Part shown: positions 11,789 through 23,700 of the stretch, in pieces
How the letters are laid out: each line of letters starts with the position of its first letter
Position numbering within the stretch: position 1 is the first letter of the stretch
Assembly: GCF_041146345.1 (NCBI RefSeq)
Contig: NW_027191409.1
Coordinates: 186,001-250,000, forward strand
Direction: 5' to 3'
Length of the DNA stretch: 64,000 nucleotides
From: Neodothiora populina
Lineage: Eukaryota
Program-made: the position numbers and the translations under genes
The notes under the pieces: model-generated
Database searches by the model: none
What the model saw: the letters and a program-made list of their open reading frames with translations, nothing else
What the model was told of the DNA's origin: nothing

Positions 11789-13891
11789 ATGGCTGAGGAG
11801 ACGACGCCTTTGCTGGCGTCTAATGACCAGCCGGAAGAGCCTACCAAGACCAAGTTGCAGGGAGCTGTGTGGCGTATCCTCCTGTGTGCCTTTCTGATAT
11901 CTTTATCTTTCAGTTTTACGCAGGTTCCAATCCTATATGTGTTTCGTTTAATGACCTGCGAGGAGTACTATAAACTCCATGATCCTAGCAATGTCAAGGG
12001 AGACCGCTGCAACGTGAACGCGATAGAGTCGAGTACTGCTAGATCAGTTTCGCTACTCGGATCGTCAACGACAATCTTTGGTGCGTTATAGATTTGGTAG
12101 ACAGTTGGTGATACTGTAGTACTGATACTAAGCTAGGCGTATTGAATCTGCTTATCACGGGTGCTCTCATCAAGCGCGTGGGCGTACATCTGACTCTCGT
12201 TGCCCAGACCTTCTGGCCGTCGGTCCGCTTGTGTTGTCAACTACTTGCTGGTGAGCTTGGAATCGCCACGATGTCAGGTGCTAAGATTACAATATTGACC
12301 CAACGTCTGCAGTCACGGTCGGTGGTAACACGGGCATATGGATCTTCCAAGTGACTCAAGCTATCACAATTGTTGGAGGACCGGCAGGATATTTGTAGGT
12401 ACTTGACAGAGTGTTTGTCATGCCTACTTTACTGACGAGTCTTACAGATTGGTTTTAAATTCATATGTCACCGAGATTGCCACACCTGCTGAGCGGACCG
12501 GAGTCTTTGGTAGATTGCAAGGTTGTGTTATGTTTGGAGGTGCATTTGGCTTTATTTGTGAGTTCGTCCTTTGACGACTGTGTGTTCATATTCGCTCATC
12601 GTATCTACAGTGGGTGGTCTGGCTGGAGATGTTTTCGGGATCAGGAGCCCCTTCATGATCGCCCTCGGCTTGATGGTGATCTCAACGTTCTATTCGGCGA
12701 TCTTCCTGCCATACATCAAACCTTCTGGTGTCATAGAGGAGAAGAACCCTTCGAAAAACCGCTTCGCCGCACTTTTGGGTCCCACGCGAGTATTCTCGCC
12801 GCAGCTGTGGCGCTATCCGGAAGGTCGTGTCAGAAAGCATCACGGAGCTGGTCTCCTGGCTCTAGGAGTGTACTTGGGAACTGTAAGCATTTTATGGCTA
12901 TGCGACCTATCGCTTTTCTAACATTATTTGCTAGGTTGCAACGGGGTACATTCCAACCTTAATCCAGATGTACTCCACGGGAGCTTTCGGGTTCGGTCCA
13001 ACAGAAAACGGTTTCCTGATGTCTTGCAACGCATTGATTCGAGGTCTCTTCTTGTCGCTGGCATTTCCGCGCATCATATCCGCAGGGCGGGAATGGTTCG
13101 CGCGTCGCGGGCGCTCGAGATCACTTTCTGCCTCAGAAGAGACGGCTCGTGTCAGAGAGCCCTTGTTGGCGGCTGAAGATCTGGAGGTCGTTGCCGCTCC
13201 AGAAATAGAGCAAGAACCTGCTGCTCCAATGAAGGCTGTCAGCGCTGAGGAGGGTTCTGCTTTCGATCTTTTCTTTCTCCGATGGAGTCTTGTAGTGGAT
13301 GGTATATTGACCGGTCTTGCAACCTTCACTAGACATGGATGGCAAATCTACCTAGGTATGTCATGATACTAATAGGAGGTACCATACATGAGCTGACGTT
13401 TTGTACCAGTTGCTTTTATTCTTCCTTTGGCATCAGGGTCCGCGTCTGCAGCTAAGAGCGTCATGATCGAGATGTGTCCCAAATCTCAGAAGGCCGACGC
13501 ATTAAGTGCGATTACGCTTGTGGAGATGACTGCAATGCTGTCAACATGTAGGTCACTCCTGCTGCGATTGACGTTTTATTTGGAACGCTGACAATAATAG
13601 TGAGTATTTTTGGCGCGGTTTTCGCAAGCCTGGCGGAAGTCGGTAAAACACATCTGACTTTCGCCTGCAATGCTGTAAGTCTCTTGGTAACATCTGCTAT
13701 ACAATCGTCCCTTCTGACTTTCCTCGCAGGGCATTGCTATTGTTGCGGTTGGCTTCCTGGTCTTTTGTCACTTCCCTCCACTCGGAAGTACACGTGTTTC
13801 AGATGAGCAGGAAGAGGAAAATGTGGATGGAGAGAGTGAAGAAGTTTCCGAGCATAATAACGAAGACGACATGCCTGCGAATGGAAAGTGA
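11789..13891 (+). CDS. Major facilitator superfamily transporter (multi-exon)
   Basis: MAEETTPLL start; many hydrophobic segments across exons; motif EIATPAERTGVFGRLQG; final exon GIAIVAVGFLVFCHFPP..ANGK* ending at 13891. Confidence 0.8.
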
Positions 13892-14497
13892 TATAGCGAT
13901 GGGTGTTGATAGACTGACTCTCCCTGCCTGCATGCATTTCCGGATAGGAGTTCAAGGGTCACAAAAAGGGTAAGGGCGCTGGTATCTAGCATTGAGATAG
14001 ACGTCTTGTGACCTCGTCCAAAAGAACAAGTGGTACGTTTCGCATCCCGCATTGACCGGCTTTCGGCTCTCAAGAGGTGCTCTTCTCGACACAGCCAACT
14101 TTCCACTAGAGCTCAATCTCGAAGCTGCTCCAACTCGTTGCAAGTAGAGGCAACGGGTACGTGAGGAGCTTTATCCGACCTTGGGTTCATCGCTGTCGAC
14201 GTCGTTGTGCCTTGGTATCATCGTCGATATTGACGCCCTCGGCTGAGGCCTACCTCATCGTGTCAATGAAGTTAGAGGAAAGCCAACAGCTAGCAAGAGG
14301 CCAGCGAAGAGGTTGTTGCTATTGCTATTGATTCTGGTTCCTCCTTCGATGTCGGCGGTTCTCAATGCTTTTTGTGCCATCCCCTTTACAGGTAAATGCG
14401 TGTTGAGGCAGGAATTGTCGCTGCTGGTGTTTTCACACCTGGTATGTACGGATAATGGAAGCAATCGCCAATGGTTTCATCCTCATGGCAGATCGCT

Positions 14498-15355
14498 TCA
14501 TTCTAAGATGACGCTGAAGTTGTTCCTGGACCTTCCTGGATTGACCTCACTTTTTGCGAAACGTGCCTTCTCAGTAAGCCCATTCCAGTGCCACAAATGG
14601 TAGATGAGTTTCGCAGTGAGCTTACGCTCAATGAGGGAGTACCCGAGCGTTTTCATTATCTGTGTCAGCAGCTTCTCGTCTAGGTAACGTGAATTTGTCA
14701 CGCATGGGGCTGGTAGGACGAGAAACAGAGATGGAAAGAAACGCATCTGCTCGCCACTTAGAGCACAGCTTGGCTCCGAAAGGAGAAATTGGCAAGTTCT
14801 TCGCAGCATCTCGCCACGTTGTGAGGCATCTGGCACATAGTTGAGTACGAGTGACAGTGAAATGATGTCGAACTTCTCATCTTCGCTCGTAGGCAGTGGT
14901 CGTTCCATGAAGTCTTGCTGCTGAATGCCAGACCCTTGGGAGTTCAGGTCGATCCTTGTGTCATCAAACACACCCGATCGAGAGCATACATTGTTGACGG
15001 ACAATGCTCCAACTTCGAGCATACGAAGCTTGGCACCTGCTTTCGAGATGTCTTTAGGCAACCAGTCCATAAGCAGTTTCGACGTATCTCCGCCACGATC
15101 GCTGGACTGGCCTTGGATACTAGCTTGTTGGTAGCGTTTCAGACCTCCTTTCTCCTCGATCTGCGCTCGGATACTGGCTGCGGTCTGTTCATCGCCATGT
15201 TTGACGGCCTCGGCGAGAGCCTTGTGTAGGCGATGGTGTGTCCGAATGAGCGTTCGAGTCGCCTTGGCTGTGAGTGAGGCTTTCGGCTTCTGTATGACCG
15301 GAGGCCTTCCATGTGACAGGCTTTTCGGCTTTTGTGCCTTCTTGACCTTGCTCAT
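14498..15355 (-). CDS. BMT2: 25S rRNA adenine-N1 methyltransferase
   Basis: Single-exon ORF with GGLKRYQQASIQGQSSDRGGDTSK, MLEVGALS, IDLNSQ, QQDFMERPLP, ISLSLVLNYVP, RNNFSVIL. Confidence 0.92.
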   Translation of the reverse strand: MSKVKKAQKPKSLSHGRPPVIQKPKASLTAKATRTLIRTHHRLHKALAEAVKHGDEQTAASIRAQIEEKGGLKRYQQASIQGQSSDRGGDTSKLLMDWLPKDISKAGAKLRMLEVGALSVNNVCSRSGVFDDTRIDLNSQGSGIQQQDFMERPLPTSEDEKFDIISLSLVLNYVPDASQRGEMLRRTCQFLLSEPSCALSGEQMRFFPSLFLVLPAPCVTNSRYLDEKLLTQIMKTLGYSLIERKLTAKLIYHLWHWNGLTEKARFAKSEVNPGRSRNNFSVILE

Positions 15356-15534
15356 CTCGACGAAGGCACAATTGCTGCTTTATGATGGTGAAAGCAATTA
15401 TATGTCAAGTAGTGTGTATCCTTTTTTCCCCGATGCAAGATACAAGTAGCGTCGTCAATGTACGAGGTGATCTAGACGTAAGGGATATAATTTCACTTGG
15501 CTCGGCAATGTCAAGGCATCGCCACGCCCATCTC

Positions 15535-15550
15535 TATATATATATATATA
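15535..15550. repeat. (TA)n microsatellite in the BMT2/RPL25 divergent promoter
   Basis: tatatatatatatata read directly. Confidence 0.8.
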
Positions 15551-15838
15551 TTACTTGAACAGGTGAGAGTGCTCCAATTGATGAGCTGAGTGAATGTCTT
15601 TTCTGATATTGCAGAAACCCACCATTTCATATAAAAAGTCGAGGATGACATGACTCGCGTAAGGTATCTGGAGGGGAAGAAGAATCAAATGCGAAATCTT
15701 GGCATACATCGACGCACGGACTTTCTCCGCTTGAAGACTTGGCACACACTTGAAATCCTCGTCGGTCTCTCTACAGGAATTATTCTCTTCAGCAGCGACG
15801 TCGACATTCAAGCCCCTCGACCAACGACAACCGACGAA

Positions 15839-16599
15839 ATGGCCCCCAAAGCTGGATCCAAGAGTACGATATCACTGCTGTCTGCTGTGCGATGAAGAGA
15901 AAATCATGTGGACATTGGAGAAGATGGACCGGAGTGCTGTTTGTGCGCACTTTACATCGACTTGGAATGCTTCCACAGAAAAACCTCCATCGCAACCACA
16001 TCTATACAGAGTCCAACAGGCTGACATGTTTTCCACAGAGCCCTCGGCTAAGGCCAACAACGCCGCCAAGGCTGCCCTCCGCGGTGTACGTTGAAACAAA
16101 CCACAGAGGCGTGTCAGCACGCTTTTTGCAAAGAAAGCACCGCTGACGGCCTGTTCGCATAACAGGTTAACTCGCACAAGGTCCGCAAGGTCCGTTACAA
16201 CACGACCTTCCACCGCCCCAAGACCCTCCAGCTCTCTCGCGCTCCCAAGTACCCCCGCAAGAGCATTCCTCACGTGCCTCGTCTCGATGAGCACAAGGTC
16301 ATCATCCACCCTCTCAACACCGAGAGCGCGATGAAGAAGATCGAGGAGAACAACACCCTCGTCTTCATTGTCGACATCAAGGCCAACAAGCGCCAAATCA
16401 AGGCTTCCCTCAAGAAGCTCTACGATGTCGACACCATCAAGATCAACACCCTCATCCGGTACGTCGATTTTCTCCATCAATGAAAATTTCAAAGCTAACA
16501 CATACATTCAGCCCTGATGGAACCAAGAAGGCCTTCGCCCGCCTCACTCCTGACGTTGATGCTCTCGACATCGCCGCCACCAAGCTCGCCATTGTTTAA
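15839..16599 (+). CDS. RPL25: 60S ribosomal protein L25 (uL23)
   Basis: Exons 15839-15863, 16039-16085, 16166-16458, 16512-16599. Translation includes [55 protein letters not shown]. Confidence 0.97.
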
Positions 16600-17357
16600 A
16601 TTACTCGTATAGAGGATGCATTGGCATGTTTTGTGGTTTTGGGGGGTTCATGATATCACCAAAAAGAATGGCGTTCGGTGTGTTGGCTGCTGCGACAAAA
16701 AGGACGCGAGCCTTTTTTATGGAGGGACTGGATCCGAATCAAGCTTTCATGCCTGCCCTTTCCATCGGTGCATTTTTGCTTCCGCTTTAGCACATGTGAT
16801 GTCGTTGTCGTGACTTTTGCCTTTGTGAAATGCAATGCGTGCGTCGTCGACCTGAGTGCGAACGCTCAAGTTGTTGCAAACGAGAATCGAGATCACCATG
16901 TTTGGAAAAGATTTGGTGGTCCTGACCTTGTTCCCTACGACATGTAAAATGCAATACACAAAAAGACTCGCCCTGGAAGATTTGCGCATGTTGTACACTG
17001 GAACTTTTGTGATTATATCGTACACAAACACATTCCTGCTATTTTACAAATGCCTCCATGGTAAGGATTCGCTCAATGGGTCCGGTGCTCCATGGCTGTA
17101 GGTAACCAACAATTTATCAGACTCGACAATTCCACGTAGCAGAGCATCGTGTTGTTGCCTGGGACTTGAACGCATATAAACCCCAAGTCCAACCCCAATC
17201 GACGCATCTATGCTCTCGCCAACCATCCCATGCTTTTCTTTCCAGTTCCGCGCATAGTCTTGATACAAAGCCCCAGCTATTCCAACCCAAGCCCAACCAC
17301 GCTTCCTATGAACCATGAAGACCCATCTCAGCGTCCCCAGACTATTCTCCTCTCGCT

Positions 17358-17879
17358 CTAAATCGTCGTCCTCATCTGCTCAAGATGTCTGAGAACAGTC
17401 ATGTTGGCATCCATGAAGCGATCCACGCAGTTCTGCATGCAGGGCTCCTCGCTGCGGTCGAGCTTTCCCGACATGATTTTGTTGGTCACGCATTTGCGGA
17501 AGCACGTGTCTGTTAGGCTATGGATTGCTTTTTTTGTTGGTCAGTAAGAGGGTCTTGGTGATGTTGGTTGATTGGTTTTGGGGGGGGGGGGGGGGGTTCT
17601 TTGCGATGTGCTTTTCCTTCTCTTTTTATACTGGAAATGGGGAGGAATGGGCTTAGACTTGGTGATTGTGCTCTGTGGAAGGCAAGAAGATGGAGTAAAG
17701 AGTAGGTGGGGATAGAGAGAGAGAGAGAAGACATGAGTGAGTAGAGGAAAGGAAAACACACATTGTTGGATTCTAGCCTTCTGTGACTCGTTGACGACGA
17801 ATTGCTGGAGGTCCTGCTTGTCCTTGTCCGAGAGCTTGCTGATATCCAAGTTGGATGCGCCGCTGCCGAAGGAATCCAT
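17358..17879 (-). CDS. TIM8: Mitochondrial intermembrane-space small Tim chaperone Tim8
   Basis: Exons 17879-17762 and 17527-17358 give 95 aa: LQQFVVNESQKARIQQSIHSLTDTCFRKC..EEPCMQNCVDRFMDAN, with twin CX3C motifs. Confidence 0.93.
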
Positions 17880-18554
17880 ATTTACTATTGCTGTTCCGTG
17901 GCCGTTTTAGAGGAAGCGGTGCTTTGTCTACTGGTCGCTTCTGTATTGAAGAGACTGCGATGCGGTATGTAGATCGTAATGTGTTTGGTGAGAGGTGGTC
18001 GGCTGTTATAGTGAGATGGACTATTATTCCGCTGCTGCTGGACGATTTGGATTATCCACGAAGAACTTCCACGGCGTCATCGCTCTGCGGCTTTTGGACT
18101 GCTTGGCATCGCCGATTCGTGTCTGATGGGCGACCCTGTCTGTTCGTTCGGAGTGCTGTTCATGCTGTCCTACGTATCTTACCGTTGTTGCCTATTTCTA
18201 TCCATCTAATCCATTTCTCTCACTCGATCTTTGAGTTGGTGGACCATCACTAGCTGACGTCTTTTGGTATTATCATGCGTAGCTGGCAGCTCCCGTTTGT
18301 AATGTTTACCCTCTTCACAATGTCCTAGTTTGTTATATCTAGTCGGATGAAGCCATGGTTGATGCGACAAATATAATAAGAAAATCGAATCAAATTGGTA
18401 TCCACGCGTTATGCTCGAGTGACAAAGAAAGTACTCCCGAAAGGGATGATTAAAATGAATGCCTTTAGAAAAACAACGCGCTGACCGGGAACGGTTCACG
18501 TATCCACCATATGAATGAAAGCATACATTTGCCTTCAACCTTGCTCTGCGCTGC

Positions 18555-20373
18555 TTAGCCCTTAGTCTTTCCAGCGCGACGAGCCTGGATGCGCTCGAGT
18601 GCTGCCCGTCGCTTTTCTTCGCTCAGAGATCTCTTCTGCTTCGCATCGTCTGTTTCGTGTACCGGTTGTTCAACTTTGCTGACCGCATCTCCACCGCTCG
18701 TGACAGGGCTGGCTGCCTTTGCAAAGCTTTCCGCAAGACTGATCTTCTTACGGTGATGGTTCGGGTGCTCCTTGGCAGGTTTCGACGCGGGCAGTCCCAT
18801 AGGTAGAGCCATGCGGTCAAAAGGAGGCGGCGGCGAAGACATGATGATTGATTTGGTCGGCGAGTACTGTTCGAGTAGGTCATCGATGCTTTTCTCCGCT
18901 GCAGACTTTCTTGCACTACGCGGGGTTCTCCTTGCGCTTTGAGAGGGCGATTTCGCGACTGCTTCTGGTGGGGTCATCTGCGGGAGCGCGAGTGAGAGAT
19001 CGATAGAGTCTTCCGGGAGGATCTGAGAGTCGCGACTGCTCCTTGGTGTAGACTTTGCATGGTTGCGTCTCGGCGTAATGTCAATTGTCCGCTCTTGTCG
19101 CTTGGAGTCAGGCCGTGGCTGGGTGACTTCCAGCGTGTTGATATCGCGCAGTCTCAAGGGAGAATCGAACTTCTTTGGGTCCGTTGCCAACGGCGCCTGG
19201 TTAGCTGACTTTTCAGCGGCATCCACCACGAATGGGCTCGATTGTACAACATCGGCCCAGATGTCTGCACCTGCATTTGACACAGGGCGTTTTCGAGGAC
19301 TCGTGTGCGCTTTAGAGGCCTTGTTTTGTGCTCGTTCAAGATCTTCACGGAGTTTCCAGTTCTCCAAACGTAGCTTCGCAGCTTCATCCTGTGCTGTCTT
19401 GAGGCGTTCGAATGGCGAAACGTTGTTCCCACTCTGACGTCCCTCTTTCAATGCTGATACATCTCTTTCTAGTTCCTCGTTCCGCGCCCCCAGCTTTTCT
19501 GCCTTGGCTTTTTCCTGTTGGAGCTGCGTCGAGAGAGCTTTCATTTGCTCATCCTTGTCTCTGGCGTACGCCTTGGCAAGCTTCTGCTTGACCAGAAGTC
19601 GCTTGACCTCACGTTGCGTCTTCTCCGCATAAGAGTCATATTCCTGTTTCCAATATTTGCCAGACTGGGAGCGCGGTTCCATGTAATCAAGCGTAATGTC
19701 CATGTCGTCTTTTGACTTGGCGATCACTTTACTTGATTGGGTTTTTGTCTTGGATGATGAATCCCGTACGTCATGTAGCGTTTGTGTGAGCTTTGTTCGC
19801 TTCTGCGTGGCAGTGGATGCTGATGATGTGTCGCTCAACGCATCAAAGTCTGTCTTGGGAGTCCACGGGCTGGGGAACTTGCCCGGAAAAGTATTAGGAA
19901 GACCACTCCTGCTCGGCTTCTTGCCCTCGTTGTCGACTACTTGAGCGCCGAATGTCACCGTCTTGTTACGCCGAGTGGTGCCGGGTGTCATAAGGATGCC
20001 ATTCGGCTTAGTTGGAGAGAATCCGAGGATGTCTGGCAATGGCATATCCTTGATACCACCTGATTGCTCTCCAGATGTAGTGTCATTTCCCGAAGTAGTC
20101 GACCTTGATGTTTTCGATGGGATCCTTTCAGCGATATCATCGAAGTGGTCCTGGCGGCCGCCGGGCTTAGGTGTTCCAAATATGGCGTGTTTGAATGCGC
20201 GCACAGCGAAAACAGGTGCAGGAGTCTCTGGTGCCTCAAAGATTGTATCACCGACTATGAACAAATCAAACACGCGTCAGCGCATTGATTATATCGAGTA
20301 ATATTCGATGTATAATCATACCGTCAGGTTCGTCCGCATCCGCACCCTTGCTGCCTGTGAGCCATGACAACAT
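18555..20373 (-). CDS. Spindle pole body-associated Cut12-domain coiled-coil protein
   Basis: Short exon 1 MLSWLTG.. (20373-20322), intron 20321-20255. PETPAPVFAVRAFKHAIFGTP, GILMTPGT, PGKFPSPW and PRSQSGKYWKQEY resemble the fungal Cut12-domain family; coiled coil follows. Confidence 0.75.
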
Positions 20374-20774
20374 GTTGACGGTTCCAAAGAATGACTATCT
20401 GGTAGACCGCATGAGCTGCGATACTTCCTCGCTTGTATACAGTATGGCTAAATTAAATGGGTTGTATGCAAGTGCAACGCGGTATACAGCAAAGTGTGGT
20501 GTTGATAGATGCAAACAAACAAGACCGCCATGCGCTTAGGCTTGCCGAAGTTGTTCCCTCAAGCACCCGCGTAGAACTGCCTCTGCAGAAAGTACTTTAC
20601 CGCTCTTCTTGCTCCCTGCGAACACTCATCCAAGTAAAGACCAGGTAAAGAATCAAGTGAAGTGAAGACATGTCTGCCTTGGCCTAGAGAATTGCAGCTT
20701 CGGCTGTATATCTCTCCCCTCACTTTCTCAAAGAAAGTGCGCATAGTTGCCACCCAGATGACCCTCCGACCAGG

Positions 20775-23700
20775 ATGGCACCCAAATCGCCATGGAAGAC
20801 CAATACTCCCAAGAACAACAAGAAGAATGATGGCCAATTCGCCAGCACGAAGCAGGCGAATGTTGCTGGCTTGCATGTTAATCAGATCGATGAACCAGGC
20901 TCCGTCAATTATGCCGAGGTGCAGAGTGACGAGATCGAGGTGCTCAAGGCTATATATATGGAAGACTACGAAGAAGTGGAGGTGAAGTCTGCTTGGAGTA
21001 CGACCTCGGACAAAGCATTCAGATTGACGCTGAGGTCTTTCTCTGATGAAGAGACATATGTGGTTCTGTCTGTAAAATTGACAGCCACTTATCCCAGATC
21101 GCCACCTGTGCTCCAGGTCAAAGGTCTAGAAAAGCTACATACTACGGCTCGCAACCAGGTACAGAAAATCATTCAGTCACGTCCCGGGGAACTGTCAGGC
21201 GAAGCTATGATCCATGCGATTGCCACGGATATCCAGGACGTGCTCGAAGATGCTGTGCTAAGCCGCGAACGAGGCGTATTACCCAGTCTTGAAGAAGAGC
21301 GCATGATTCAAGAAAACGTTGCAGAGCAGCAGGCCAAAGAATTGGAGGCCGATGAAGCCAAACGTGCAGAAGCTGTGCAAGCAGAGGAAGACCGTATGAT
21401 GGATCAGATGGTTCAACAGGAAATTGAAAGGCGCGATAAACATCGCAGCAAAGCCAGACGAACCTCAGAAGCCGAAAAAGGCAACGCCAACGCCGATGAT
21501 ATTCGGTTCGACCAGACGATTTCTCTGACTCGAGCAGATCTCATAGATTTCAGCACCGTGTCATTGGTTTCATCCATTTCATCAAAGGGAAGTGCGAAAA
21601 TCTCAGCTGCTAAGCCGAAAGTGATAGGACACACCACACTTGAGACTGAGCTTCTCGCTGTTCGTCAGGTCCGTCTCAACTTACCCCCGGGAGAGTCCTC
21701 GAGTTGGTCAGAACTTTTGGAGCTTGAAGAAATCCTGGAGCAGTTAAAAGGCATGCGTCAGGCAAACATAGTAAATCTGTATGCCTTCAAGATTGAAAAG
21801 ATCGAAAACGAGGTGGGACTAGAGTCGCAGAATAGAGTCGTGACTGTTCTCACGGACCTCGCCAACCGAGGTAGTCTTGCGGAGATGCTGGAAGACGGCC
21901 AGACTGTTCCCTTACCGAAAGCCCGACAATGGTCGCTTGACTTGTTGGAGGCCTTGGATTTTTATCATCGTAACGGCATGATTCACAAACGCATACACCC
22001 CGGCAACGTCCTATTCTTCCGTTCACAGTCCGGTGTCACGATGCCAAAGCTTGCAGATGCCGGCTATGAAGACCGTCTCCTGAGGCTGCAAGGACGCTCG
22101 AGTACAGGTGAGAAGGCTAAGAAAATGGTGGCATGGCTGGCACCAGAAGTTGCGGTCGATCATACTACGCACACTCGGCGCTCTGACATTTGGGACTTCG
22201 GCGTGCTGCTCATACAAATGTTATTTGGAACCACGATCACGCGCAAGCATGCAAGTCCACATACGCTCTTGGAGTCCTTGGACTTGTCAGAGTCTTTGGA
22301 GGCTGTTTTGCTGAAGGTCTTCAGTAAGGATGCGAGAGAGAGACCGACAGCGTTCGATCTCATGCCAAGCGAGTTCTTCAGAAGTGATGGACCTCTGACA
22401 TCCGCTGAACGTTCTCATTCCTCTCGTCATAGGAGGCTGTCCTCTTCTCAAGGCTTCTCGGGTCAAAGAAGCCCTATCGCACGTAGGTCTCGTCAGAATT
22501 CAGCCAGTGCTACAGAAGCCCCATCCGTTTCCCGCTATCTCAACGACTTTGTTGAACTTGGACGCCTTGGAAAAGGTGGCTTCGGAGAGGTCGTAAAGGC
22601 TCGTAACAAGGCCGATGGTGGAGTGTACGCCATCAAGAAAATCAAACAAACCTCGGTTGAGCAATTACAGCAGGTTTTGTCAGAAGCGATGCTTCTCCAC
22701 CGACTGAACAATGCCTATGTCGTCAGATACTTTTCGGCTTGGGTGGAGGATGACTTCTCCAGTACCAGCGCGATTGAAGAAGATTCGGTGACCGAATCAT
22801 ACGGCACATCAACGGGCCAAGATATCGAATTTGGATTAAGCAGCCGGGGACTTGACTTTGCAAGTTCTCAGGGATATAATATCGAGTTCGGTGAAGATAG
22901 TAGCGAAGACGATGGAAGTAGTGCGGAAGATGACGAGGACGATGAAGATGAAGATGTGAGCTCGGGAACAGAGACCGGTGGGCATCAGACGCACATGCAA
23001 GCTGGCGCACGCGGTCCTATTTCCGAGAGAGCCATCCATGACTCCCACACTACTGATTCTTCTCCCCTTATGAAGACCCGATCCAAGTCTCATCGCATTG
23101 CTCGATCGGTCTTGTATATCCAAATGGAATATTGCGAGAGGCACACACTCAGAGACATCATCCGAAGAGATATATACGAAAAGCCTCAAGAAGGATGGCA
23201 AATGCTTCGCCAGGTTGTGGAAGGTCTCGCCCATATTCACTCGCATGGCATTATCCATAGAGATCTGAAGCCAGATAATATTTTTATCGATATAACTGGC
23301 ATACCTCGGATAGGCGATTTTGGTCTTGCTACCACAAGTCGTCAACTTGGCACAGACAAGATCCTCGCAAGTACTAACACTGGCGAAGACATGACAAGAA
23401 GTATAGGTACAGCGCTATACGTCGCACCGGAGATCAGTTCGGGGACTGGCAGTTACAATGACAAGGTCGATATGTATTCATTGGGAATAATCTTCTTTGA
23501 GATGTGCTACCCTCTGAAAACAGCCATGGAGCGTCACCAAGTCATTCTGCAGATCAGGGAGAAAGTGCATGTCCTGCCACCAGCGTTTGCGAACTCTGAG
23601 AAGTCCAAACAGGCCGATGTGATCATGAGCCTTATCAACCACACACCATCCGAACGACCAAGTAGTCATGAGTTGTTGCGTAGTGGGAAATTGCCCGTTC

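Noticed and set aside
15864..16038. Possible box C/D snoRNA in RPL25 intron 1 (GATGAAGA flanked by gtgcg..cgcac)
   Set aside because: The C box is imperfect, no CTGA D box lies next to the closing stem, and no rRNA-complementary guide was recognised.
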